From Histomonas meleagridis 2922-C6/04-290x (lineage: Eukaryota > Protista > Parabasalia), in the NCBI GenBank assembly GCA_020184695.1, contig JAANOX010000228.1:1-64000 (forward strand): DNA of 64,000 nucleotides, written 5' to 3'. The position numbers and the translations under genes are program-made. The notes under the pieces were generated by a model that did no database searches, had not been told where the DNA came from, and saw only the letters and a program-made list of their open reading frames with translations. Shown here in pieces: positions 44,760-55,700 of this stretch; within the stretch, counting starts at the first letter, position 1, and every line of letters starts with the position of its first letter.

Positions 44760-47549
44760 CAATCTGTTAATATTTCATCTAAATTTTGTGATAGGCTTAT
44801 TGTTTGGAAAATAAGCCAGGAAAATATAAATGAATCAGTCGAATTAGTAAAAGGGTTGGTTGATCCAAATTTTCATCAATCGTTTATATTAATTTTAAGT
44901 AGAATTTTATATTCATCTTTTATTTCTCAAAAGAAAGACATCAATATATATATTCAATTTATTCAAACATTCTCAGTAAAGTTCTCTAAGCGAATAATCA
45001 ATATTTTCGCAAATTTTCTTGTTCGTATTAAAACCTTTGAATCAGATTATCTTTTAGAAATGTTTATTGAACGAAATCATATCAATTCCAATTTTGTAAA
45101 AAACATAAAAAACTTATATTTTGCTCATTACAAAACAAATGATTTAATTCAATGTATTAAAACAGTACATTAGTTCTCTAAAAAATAATATTTATGATAT
45201 ATTATATGAAAAATTCTTTAGTAATATTAATGAACTATCAAAGAATGATTGGGAATTACATAAGAAATTAATTAAAGAAGGGCATAATCCAAGTGAAATT
45301 GCAAAAATAATTCGAAATGATGAAATAGAAAAACTTCAAGAAATATCATCGCAAACAAATTTTGATTTCAATCAAACAATTGAACGATCTCTTTATGAAA
45401 GATGTGATTTTATAAATCAAAGAAATGTTACATTAAATGATTATGCAGCATTTTTTTCATCAATTAAATGTTTTAAATATTTACTTGTGAATGGTGCAAA
45501 AGTAAAAAATACAGGTCAATATGCAATTGCAGGTGGAAATGAAGAAATCAATCATTTATGTGAACAAAATCAATCAAATTTTTATGAAGCATATGAAACA
45601 GCAATTAAATTTCATCGAAATGATATCTTTTATTATCTTTATGAAAATAAAATTAGTGAAATTAGGAATTTAGAAGAATTAGGAATTAAATGTGTAGCAT
45701 CAGATAATTATGAAATACTTTCTTTTTTGGAAGGAAAAGGATTAAAGATGGATGATCTATTTTGTAATGCTGCTGAATATGGGAATATTTTTCTTTTTTT
45801 TATATATCTCTAAAGGAACACAATTTCCAAAACATATTTTAGTAAAAGCTGCACAATCAGGGAATATTGAATTTGTTAAATACATTCTTAAACAAGGAAT
45901 TGATGTTAATATTAAAAATATATTTTTATGTTTTTTAAACTATATTTCTTTGGTTTATTGCTTAATAAATTATATTAGAAATTATTTTTTTAATTTAATA
46001 CAGCTCTGATTGTTTCTTGTGGTGAAGGTTTTTATAATATTGTTAATTTTTTACTCAAGCAAAAAGGAATCAAAATAAATGGAAAAAATATTTTATTTAT
46101 ATAAAAATTAATTGTTTTTATTATTCAGAATTTTAAAGATATATTTAAAACATAATTATAAAATTTAATACAGCACTTTGATTAGCATCAAAAAATGGTC
46201 ATACTGAAATTGTTAAATTACTTCTAAGTCAAAAAGGAATTGATGTTAATACTATAAATTTCTCTTTTTAAAATTGGATTTTTATTTTAATTTTTTAGAA
46301 TTTTCTTTTAATCATTGGCGTTTTTTCAAATAATTTTTTTCAGCATTAAGATTAGCAGCTCAAAATGAATGTATTGAAATAATTAAATTGCTTCTTGTTC
46401 ATAAAGAAATTGAATTCTCTTCTGGTGTTAAATTAGAAAATTTGATACATCACTAATTTGGGCAACAGAGTATGGTAATAAAGAAATAGTAAAATATATT
46501 ATAAGTCAAGAGGGACTTGAAATTAATGCTCAAAATGATTTTTTGAATAAATAATTTGATGTTTTAAAATAAAACTTGGAAAATATTTTCATTATTTTAT
46601 ACAGCACTTATAAAGGCAACTGAAAAAGGTAATATAGAAATAGCTAAATTGCTTCTTGAACAAAAAGGAATTGATATCAATGCTAAAGATTTTTGTATAA
46701 AATTGGTTTTAAATATTTGATATTTCAAAATAATATTTGGTAATAATTTAGAATATTTTATACAGCACTTATGTGGGCATCTTATAAAGGTCATTTAGAA
46801 ATAGTTAAATTACTTCTTGAACAAGAAGGAATTGATATTAATGCAAAAAGTATTAATTAGTTTTATTTAATATTTATTTCGATAATCCGATATTCCAAAA
46901 TAATATTTAAGAATTATTTAAATTATTTAACACAGCACTTATTAGAGCATCTTTGAATGGTCATACAGAAATAGTTAAATTGCTTCTTGAACAAAAAGGA
47001 ATTGATATTAATGCAAAAGGTATTTATTTGTTTTAGTTAATATTTATTTTAAGAATTTTATATTTCAAAATAATATTTGGAAATTATTTAAAATATTTTG
47101 GACAGCACTTATTTATGCAACTGCAAATGATAGTATAGAATCAGTTATATTACTTCTTGAACAAGAAGGAATTGATATTAATGCATAAGGTATTTATTTG
47201 TTTTGTATGATATTTATTTTAATCATTTAAAGTTTTATAATAGTTTTTGGAAATTATTAAAAATATTTTATACAGCACTTATTGAGGCATTTTCAAGAGG
47301 TCACATAGAAATATCTGAATTACTTCTCAAACAAAAAGGAATTGATATTAATGCTAAAGATATTTAATTATATTATATAAAATTTATTTTAACCATTTGA
47401 TGTTTCAAAATAATATTTGGAAATTAATTAAATTATTTAAAACAGCATTTATTTATGCATCTGAAAATGGTTGCTTAGATTTCTTGACTTTCGAAAACTA
47501 TAAATTACTTATTAGTCAGGCCAATCAAAAATCAAACAATGAAAGTTAA
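44760..47549 (+). pseudogene. DUF3447-ankyrin gene with about 36 17-nt inserts and independent lesions
   Basis: Homologous to 34400-36600. No ATG in frame at the 5' end, frameshifts near 45155 and 45795, TGA at 46179 and TAA at 47186; 170-nt periodic ankyrin array at 45917-47441. Confidence 0.8.
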
Positions 47550-47673
47550 TTGATTGAGATACATTTAACAACAAATTGGAACTTCAAAAATCAAAAATTT
47601 GATTGAAACAATACCTCAGTTTTCCCAGTAAAACAGAATTTTACTGAATTTTTTATTTAATCAATACTGAAAA

Positions 47674-48285
47674 TCAGCAGACGCAAGTTTGGTAATGTTC
47701 AGGATTATGATGTGACTTCTCGACTTTTACAGCTGGACCAGTTGTAATTTTTCCTTCTTTTGCGGAATTAAATAATTGATGTGCAATTCTATCAAAAACT
47801 TCTCCAATGTTCTGACCTGAAACGGCAGATGTTTCAAGGTAATCAAGCATATTGGATGTGGCATATCCTTCAGCAGCTTCCCTTGTAACTTGTCTTTGAT
47901 CTTCAAGATCAGCTTTGTTTCCAACCAATATAATTGATGCATTAGGATCTGCAAGCTGACGGAACTGGCCTAACCAAAAGGAAAGTTCATCAAAGGATTT
48001 TTGTTCGGTAATATCAAAAACTAAAATGCAACCTTTTGCACCACGAAAATATGTTTTTGCAATTGATTGATATGTTTCTTGTCCAGCTGTATCCCAAAGT
48101 TCAAGCTGAACACAATATTCATTGATTGAAAAAACGCATGGTCTATAATCGACGCCAACAGTTGTTTTAGTTTGTTCATGAAATTCATGATCGAGATATT
48201 GATCTACCATGGCTGTTTTCCCAGACCCGGCAGCACCAATTATGCAAACCTTGAACCTATAATCAGCGTTGTATTCCTTTACCAT
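47674..48285 (-). CDS. Rab-family small GTPase
   Basis: GAAGSGKT, TVGVDY, WDTAGQE, GNKAD and ETSA motifs; C-terminal CVC prenylation signal. Confidence 0.96.
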   Translation of the reverse strand: MVKEYNADYRFKVCIIGAAGSGKTAMVDQYLDHEFHEQTKTTVGVDYRPCVFSINEYCVQLELWDTAGQETYQSIAKTYFRGAKGCILVFDITEQKSFDELSFWLGQFRQLADPNASIILVGNKADLEDQRQVTREAAEGYATSNMLDYLETSAVSGQNIGEVFDRIAHQLFNSAKEGKITTGPAVKVEKSHHNPEHYQTCVC

Positions 48286-48768
48286 TTGTGAAATGATCGG
48301 ATTTAGAAATTTAAGAGCGCATTCAAAATTTCTGTTGTTTTGATTGCTTTACAAACCTAAAAGTGTAAAAAATTAGCACCACCCCAAACGATGCGGTCAT
48401 TATTTTTACGATACGATAATTTCAATTGTACAGATTTTGGTTCAATGAGGGATATTTAAATATCAAAGAATTTCCCACATATTCTTCCTAAAAAATTATA
48501 CATTTTATCTTTTGTGATCGTATTATAGTTTTTCAAAGATATTATTGTACGTGTGATTCAAATTATGAATACACAAGCCAAAATCCATACATCACCTAAA
48601 TTGATAAGCAATTCTCATTTTATAATATATCGAAATATTTTTAACAAGAAGATTCTCATCACAAATAAAATCCAATTGACTATAATTTTTACAAAGTAAA
48701 AAGAAATACTTAAACAAAAATAGGTTTTTCATATTTAAAACCTTTTATTTACCAACAATAACAACAAT

Positions 48769-49668
48769 TTAATTAGTTTTAGCCTTCCTAAACACTCCAA
48801 TGTCGCCATTCGAAGATCCAGCCACAATACAATTTAAAGGCTCTTGCACTGCCACGTCAAGGATTGGTCCCTCGCCGAAACTAAATCGCTGCTGGACTGT
48901 TCCTTCAGTCAGTTCCCATGCAAATACTTCTCCTGTTTCGGAACCAGACACGACAAGTGCTTCGTGACTTGCAAAATGTGATTTTATGTAATAGCTACTA
49001 CAAAGATGACCTCCGTATGATGAAAGAACTTGTCCTTGCTGCTTAGTTACGAACAAAATTTGTGATTCGAGCGTTGTGATTAACATTGCTTGATGTTCAG
49101 ATGTTAGTTCCATATGTACAATCGAGTTACATATATGGTCAGTGGTGAGACAACAGTTACGAATGTCATATATTCGAAGTCTACCATCAATTGAAGCAGT
49201 AAAGATTTCATATCGACTACATGAAACACATGTTATGGAGTCGGTAGAATCACTAAGAACTTGGACAGGACGTGAGGTATTGGATCGGCAATCCCAAATT
49301 TTGGCTGTAGTGTCTAAACTTCCAGAAACAACAACAGATGAATCTAAATTATAACATACGGAATTAACGCTTTCAGAATGTCCTCTAATTTTTTGAACCA
49401 TTTCCCCACGTTGAACATCCCACCAACAAACAGAATTATCAGAACTCCCACTAAACATTTGTGAATCTGTAGAGTTTATTGCAAATGAGTTAACAGAATC
49501 GAGATGTCCTTGAAAGCAATTAATTTCTTTTCCTTTTTCTAAAGACCAAATACGAATTGTTGAATCTTGACTTGATGATATAATATAACGATAATCCTTA
49601 CTAAAACGTAATGTTGTTACTGGGCCTTGATGTCCTTCAAACTTCTGTGTTAATTCTACTGTGGTCAT
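48769..49668 (-). CDS. WD40 protein, WDR83/MORG1-like
   Basis: GHQGPVTTLRFSKD and SGSLDTTAKIWDCRSNTSRPVQVLSDSTDSITCV match MORG1-type motifs; first ATG at 49668. Confidence 0.75.
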   Translation of the reverse strand: MTTVELTQKFEGHQGPVTTLRFSKDYRYIISSSQDSTIRIWSLEKGKEINCFQGHLDSVNSFAINSTDSQMFSGSSDNSVCWWDVQRGEMVQKIRGHSESVNSVCYNLDSSVVVSGSLDTTAKIWDCRSNTSRPVQVLSDSTDSITCVSCSRYEIFTASIDGRLRIYDIRNCCLTTDHICNSIVHMELTSEHQAMLITTLESQILFVTKQQGQVLSSYGGHLCSSYYIKSHFASHEALVVSGSETGEVFAWELTEGTVQQRFSFGEGPILDVAVQEPLNCIVAGSSNGDIGVFRKAKTN

Positions 49669-49728
49669 AAGTAAGGAATTTGGTAATTTTGCAAAATTTG
49701 TCACTTTTTAGCTAAACAGATCAAAAAA

Positions 49729-51288
49729 ATGTCTCTGAAGCTTGCTCGTCCAGATTTAGAAGCAGCTCTCCAAAAGGATGATTCTCATATTAAGAACGAA
49801 GTATTATCAATGATAGTTCAATATTTAGAAGATTCTGGATTGTATGCTTCAGCATTAAATTTAAGAGATGAAGTTAGACATAAAGTAGCAAGAAGTACAT
49901 TAAGCAGAAAGCAGTTAGTAAAGTTAAGAGATGCAATAACTCTTGGAAATTGGGAAGAAATTGACCAAATCACTACAGATCTTTGTATGAAACCTACTCT
50001 ATTATATTGCATTCTTAGACATCGCTTCTACGAGCTACTAGTTCAAGGTGATACAGTAACAGCTCTTCAATTTCTTGCAACCAGATTAAAAGAATTTCAA
50101 TCAAAAGAAGATAAACCAGGCGATTTTGATCACCTCTGCGCTCTCCTCGTTGAAGCTTCATCTCCATCACAGTCAACACAACTACCAGATGTAGAACTTT
50201 CAAAGCAAGAAATTCTCAAAAAAATTGATACTGAACTCGGAAATCGAGCAGCTCCTTACATCGAAAAAACACTACCAGAACATCGTCTTATTGACGTTCT
50301 TCAACAAGCTGTCAAATTCCAATGTGGTGATTTTATTCCAAAAGATCCAATAGAATCACTTATCACAGATTTCCAACCCTCTGTCATTCCTGGTGGCCGT
50401 CCTATTAAACTTCCCATATATCATACATCCAATGTTAAAGCCTTAACTTTTGTTCCTGGGACTAATATATTATTATCTGGTTCTTCCGATAAGTCAATTC
50501 TGATGTGGAGTGCTGCTAGCAAGGAGAAGATAGGTGAGCTTAAAGGCCATCATGGACGCGTATGGGCTCTTGCAGCTAAAGAAGATTGCGCAGCATCAGC
50601 AAGCAGCGACGGGACCGTTAAATTTTGGACGGTTTCTCTCAAAAAGGAGGCTGCCAGTTTTTCGGGTCACAATGGGGATGTCTATAGCGTAGACATTGAA
50701 AATAGTCGTCAACACATTGTTTCTGGTGGCTATGATCAATCTGTTATTGTTTGGGATGCTTCTACTCAAATTCCAGAAATCACATTAAAAGGTCATACAG
50801 GTGCTGTCACATCTGTACTATTTAATCCAGATGGTAGAACAGTCTTATCTGGTGGAAACGATTTAACAATTCAATTATGGGATGTTAGAAGTTATTTAGC
50901 AATTGCACAACTTTCACCTGTCTTAGGAAGCGTGGCTTCTTTGTCAGCGGACTCAACTTTTACTCATATATTGGCAGCAACCAGAGATAGTACAAACAGA
51001 ATTTGGGATTTAAGAAATCCAGATAATGTAATGGTATTAAAAGGTCACCAAAACTCCACCAGACACTTCGTAAGGGCTCACTTTGGCCCAAACGACAAGT
51101 CTGTGATAGGCGGATCCGATGATGGAAAGATATATTGTTGGGATGCATCCAACGGAAAAGTCATCGAAACGCTCGGAGCACATAATGCCGGAGTATTTGA
51201 CGTGGTCTGGTCATCTCACGCGCATTGCTTTGCATCGTGCGGTAACGATACCTCTGTTTTACTTTGGGAAGCAAAGAAGTTTGAATAA
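49729..51288 (+). CDS. LisH/CTLH plus WD40-repeat protein
   Basis: LisH (EVLSMIVQYLEDSGLYASALNL), CTLH (AITLGNWEEI) and about seven GH...WD repeats. Confidence 0.88.
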   Translation: MSLKLARPDLEAALQKDDSHIKNEVLSMIVQYLEDSGLYASALNLRDEVRHKVARSTLSRKQLVKLRDAITLGNWEEIDQITTDLCMKPTLLYCILRHRFYELLVQGDTVTALQFLATRLKEFQSKEDKPGDFDHLCALLVEASSPSQSTQLPDVELSKQEILKKIDTELGNRAAPYIEKTLPEHRLIDVLQQAVKFQCGDFIPKDPIESLITDFQPSVIPGGRPIKLPIYHTSNVKALTFVPGTNILLSGSSDKSILMWSAASKEKIGELKGHHGRVWALAAKEDCAASASSDGTVKFWTVSLKKEAASFSGHNGDVYSVDIENSRQHIVSGGYDQSVIVWDASTQIPEITLKGHTGAVTSVLFNPDGRTVLSGGNDLTIQLWDVRSYLAIAQLSPVLGSVASLSADSTFTHILAATRDSTNRIWDLRNPDNVMVLKGHQNSTRHFVRAHFGPNDKSVIGGSDDGKIYCWDASNGKVIETLGAHNAGVFDVVWSSHAHCFASCGNDTSVLLWEAKKFE

Positions 51289-51369
51289 GAAAATGTTCGA
51301 ATTCAGAAACAAAAGCTAATAAAAATTTAAATGAATTATTTTTAGTATTTACTTGTAGTTGAAAATACT

Positions 51370-51694
51370 CCCTCTTCAAAACATTACAAGTTTCACTTGC
51401 AATTGCATATTTACCTGTATTTTAAACTTTTGCTCTATTCACAAGTATATATTTATTACATTTAATAGAAGAAAAAAATGCTGCATAATCAATTAATGTA
51501 ACATTATATTGAATAAATGAACATTTTTCATAAAGTGATGGTTCAATTGTTTGATTAAAATCAAAATTATTTTGTGGTGATATTTCTTGAAGTTTTTCTA
51601 TTTCATCATTTCGAATTATTTTCGCTATTTCGTTTGGATTAAGTTCTTCTTCATAAATATGATATTTTGCTTCATTTGTGGTAAAATTTGCCAA
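51370..51694 (-). pseudogene. Orphan DUF3447 fragment
   Basis: NPNEIAKIIRNDEIEKLQEIS...FDFNQTIEPSLYE is nearly identical to 35870-36080; truncated at both ends. Confidence 0.85.
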
Positions 51695-51833
51695 ATGTTA
51701 AAAAAATCTTTTATTGTTCTTTTATTCAAAAACATTATCTTGATATAATTTAATAAATTATTATTAATAAAATTCTCAAAATTATTAAAAACAATTGTAA
51801 ATATTTATTTTATAAAAAACAAATCAAAGTTTA

Positions 51834-52685
51834 TTAAAACATCAATGGCGACAAGCTCCTATTTAATCTCTTTGTCTTTGGCGTTGTCACTATTTTCTTT
51901 GGCGATTCCATTTTTATTGAATTTTCTTTTTTCTTTCCGCGCGGTGACATTTCGCTTGCTATTTTCCGCTTCACTTCTGGACTCATTTTCTTAAGTCCTT
52001 CAGCAGCTGCAACCAATGAAGTGTTAAATGCTTCATCATAAAGTAAATCGGCTTCGGCAGATTTATTTCGACTTTTTGCATCAACTTGAAAATTCCTTAT
52101 TAGACAACGAAGGTGTTGATGAAGTAGATCAAATTCCGCAAAGTGTCGTTTTGTCATTTGTTGATAACGTTTTGTAAATTCAATATCAATACGTTGTAAC
52201 TCAGGTGTATTTTGTCCTTGTAAAAGTTGTACAGCTGAATCTTGCATGTCCTTGGCAAGTTGTGGTTGGTTACATACTTGTGCTAAAACTGATGCAGAAG
52301 AAATTGTTGTATTAGCTTGAGATAAAAGAAGTTCCGAATATTCTTGTCTTGCTTGCCTCCATTCATTTTCTAATTCATTAGCTTCATTTCGTTGTTTTTT
52401 CACGAGAATTTTACAATAATTTTGCCAAAGATTTGTAAATGTTAAAACATTTTCTTGATAATCTTCCTTTGCATTTACGATTTCTGTTGTATAATTGTTA
52501 TAATTTTGTTCTGTTATAAATTCCAAATGGTCTTCAAATTTTTTTAATTTTTTAATATCATCTTTTTTTAAAATATTTTCTCTCATAGTCGAAGCTTCAC
52601 TTGCTTCATCGAAATCAAAAACATTAATTGCATTTGCTTCTCTTAAATAAGTTTGATCAATTTTTCTTTGTTTTTTAGATTTCAT
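51834..52685 (-). CDS. Hypothetical coiled-coil protein
   Basis: 283-aa ATG ORF, helical and charged, with an SP-rich tail. Confidence 0.8.
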   Translation of the reverse strand: MKSKKQRKIDQTYLREANAINVFDFDEASEASTMRENILKKDDIKKLKKFEDHLEFITEQNYNNYTTEIVNAKEDYQENVLTFTNLWQNYCKILVKKQRNEANELENEWRQARQEYSELLLSQANTTISSASVLAQVCNQPQLAKDMQDSAVQLLQGQNTPELQRIDIEFTKRYQQMTKRHFAEFDLLHQHLRCLIRNFQVDAKSRNKSAEADLLYDEAFNTSLVAAAEGLKKMSPEVKRKIASEMSPRGKKKENSIKMESPKKIVTTPKTKRLNRSLSPLMF

Positions 52686-52797
52686 TTTTTTTAACTAAAT
52701 GTCATTACAATTTCAATGAAAAAATTTATGCCAAAAATTTGATGTTAAAATTATTTTGAAAACGCTTTAACATAATATTTATTAATGAAAGTCTTTT

Positions 52798-55700
52798 TTA
52801 CCACCAAGGACACCATCCTTTATACATTAAACATAAATTTTTAGGATCCATTGCCGCCGACAATAATCTATGGATTTGTGCTTCTACACTTAACGGTTTT
52901 TCGTTACCGTATTCTACACCATTTAATTTATCCATAATTCTATCAATAATTTTTCTAGGTAATTCTTTATCTTTTTGTTCCCATTGTATTAAAGGGTCAA
53001 AAACGAAGGCCTCAAGGAAACCATAAATTTCAGTTTTTCTCTCTCTTAAAAGACTCATAATATTTTCACAACAAGTCTTTAAAGTACCTTCTATCCCCGA
53101 TACTTCTAAAGCGTTTTGCATAATTCTCGTTAATCTAAATGGTACTTTTTCGGGGAACATATTTCTATTCATTGCTACTTCGAAACAATCACCGAAATCG
53201 ATATGAATTAATTTCGATGTGAAATTATTCATCATAATATTACATAAATGTCGATCACCTAATCCTAATATATAACCAGCAATAGAAGTTATAGCTAAAG
53301 AAGTCGAATAATTTAACCTTCGATCAAGCCAATCATTTGAATCAGCTGAAGACATCAAAATAATTTTCTGAAGGTCATCACCATTTGATGAATTCAATGC
53401 CATTTTAAATGCTTCTAATTTTTCATTTAAAGAAAAAAATTCATATTTTGGATATTTAATTCGGATTATATCATGTTCTTTTTCTAAAGGTATTCTTTTA
53501 GCTTTTCTATATTGTACTAACAAATCATTTATAGTTTTACAATTATTTAACCAACCAATTAACCCAACTTTTGTAGTTAAAGGAACAACTTTATATGTCG
53601 TAATTAATAATTTATTATTTAAAGGGATATCTGAAATTGATATTGAATGAGAAATATAATCAAATAATTGCATTACACGTTCATCTAATCGAGTATCTTC
53701 ATGTGCTTTTATTAAAAATGAATAAACTTTCCCATCGGAACCTAATATCGACATTTTTCGAGGTCGTTGTTTTGATTTAATAATTGGAAGTTCATTATTA
53801 ATCGATTGAATGTTAACTAAATTCGATCCAAATAAATATGTTCCAGGTACTGTTAATTGACTATTATTTAATTTATATAAAGAAGGTGAAGCATCAATTA
53901 AATATAACTTATTAAAATTACTAATAAATGTTCGTGTTAATCGAAATATTTTTGTATAATAATTCCATGAATTATTAAAACATAAAATATTTCCATTTTT
54001 TATATATTCATTTAATAATTTTTGTCCATTAATAATTAAACCTTTATAATTAGTTATGAAATCAACTTCATATAAAGTTTCAGGTTTCTTTTTAATTGTT
54101 AATTTATATAAATTAGTAATTAAATTTTTCGTTATCAACAAATTATTCTCTTTAATTAAAGAACGTGATGCTTGATCTATTATCATATTCCATTGTTCCC
54201 AATATGTTGAAGCTATTCGAATTAATTCATTTGCAAATGTTAATATATCAGAAACAAATTTGGGGAATAAATTCATTAAATATTTAATAATTTCAGAAGA
54301 ACGTTGATGTCTTTTAATGTTTTCACTATTATATGAAGCTAATATTGAATATAACACTGGATCTTTATGAGTTTTACTTATGAATAATAATAAGTCGATA
54401 ATAATTTGTTTCATTTCATTATTATCTGTTTCAATTCGACTAATAATTTGTGGTAATAATGATAACCAGACATCAGAAGGTATTAATTTATAAGATCTTA
54501 TAAAGATTGGAAATAAATTCGAATTATTATTTTGGAATAATGATGAAATGATACGTAATGTAAAAGGAAAATAATTATTTGTTGATTCAACTTTAAGTCC
54601 TTCTATTGAAGCATTAAATGAAACTTCACAAAAATTTGATGATTTAGTTTTCTCATATAAAATAGAATTAACTGATACCCATTGTAACCAAACTTTAGGA
54701 TCTTTCGGATTTAATTCTGTTAATTTCTTTAAAGGTTTTAATGCTTTTTCATATTCACCCTTTTCATAATATAATTTTCCTGCGATTTTATTATATTGTA
54801 ATGAATTTGGATTCCTTTCTAATAAATCTGATATATTATTAATTGCTTCATCTTTATTTTTATTATGATATAATATTAAAGTTTTAACATATTTAATTTC
54901 ATCAGAATTATCATCTAAAAATGATAAAACATAATCAATTAATTGTGTTTTACCAAATTTACTACTATATTTTAGGAATTTAATATAATAAGGTCGTAAT
55001 TCTTCTTTAGTTAAATATAATGATAATATTTTAATGGTATCATACATTTGAATTGGTGAATCTTTTAATTCATTAAATTTTATTTTCCATTGATTTTTAA
55101 TTTTATTAATTTGATTATTATTATATTTCATTTTCTTTATTTGTATTATCTCTTCAATAATATATAATAAAGAAGATTTACATAATGTATTAAATGCTCG
55201 ATCATAATCTTTAGATATTAATGGGAATATAATATTTTCGAAACTTTTTTGTAAATCTTCAATTAAACATTTATTATCATCCAAATTATTATTAATAATA
55301 TTTAAAATAATTTTATAATATTTAACTTTTTCTTCATTATAATCATTAATTTCATTCATTATCTCTTTAAATTTATTTAGATCATTTAATCTCCAAGAAC
55401 TACTTAATGAAAATAATGAAATTTCATCTTTAGACATTTCATATAAATCTTTAAATTGCATTAAAGCTTCTAAACATCTCATTTTACCTTCTCTAAGTTT
55501 ATTATCATTTGGCGATTTCTTTAATTTCTTTTGATATGAATGTAAAGCTTCTTCCCAGAAACCCAAATCTTCAGCTAAACTTTCATGATATTTTAATAAT
55601 TTTTTATCTTGAGCACATTTTAATATTCCTTGAGCACTTAAAGGTAAACTTAAATTTTGGTTTAAGAATATTAAATTCTCAGCAACTTCTGAAGATTTAC

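Noticed and set aside
45785-45800. Frameshifts here, at 11697 and at 62515 as further hidden 17-nt inserts
   Set aside because: Paralog comparison needs only a 1-nt indel in a homopolymer run, which suggests mutation or sequencing error.
47019-47105. Canonical GT-AG intron (GTATTT...ACAG)
   Set aside because: GT is present in only 3 of ~19 spacers, AG is missing in one, and splicing would delete the conserved DxxGxT hairpin.
45917-47441. U12-type AT-AC intron, or a simple 170-bp minisatellite/CRISPR-like array
   Set aside because: An AT..AC excision (84 nt) breaks the frame and there is no ATATCC or branch motif. The units diverge under protein-like constraint, and there are no cas genes in this eukaryotic DNA.
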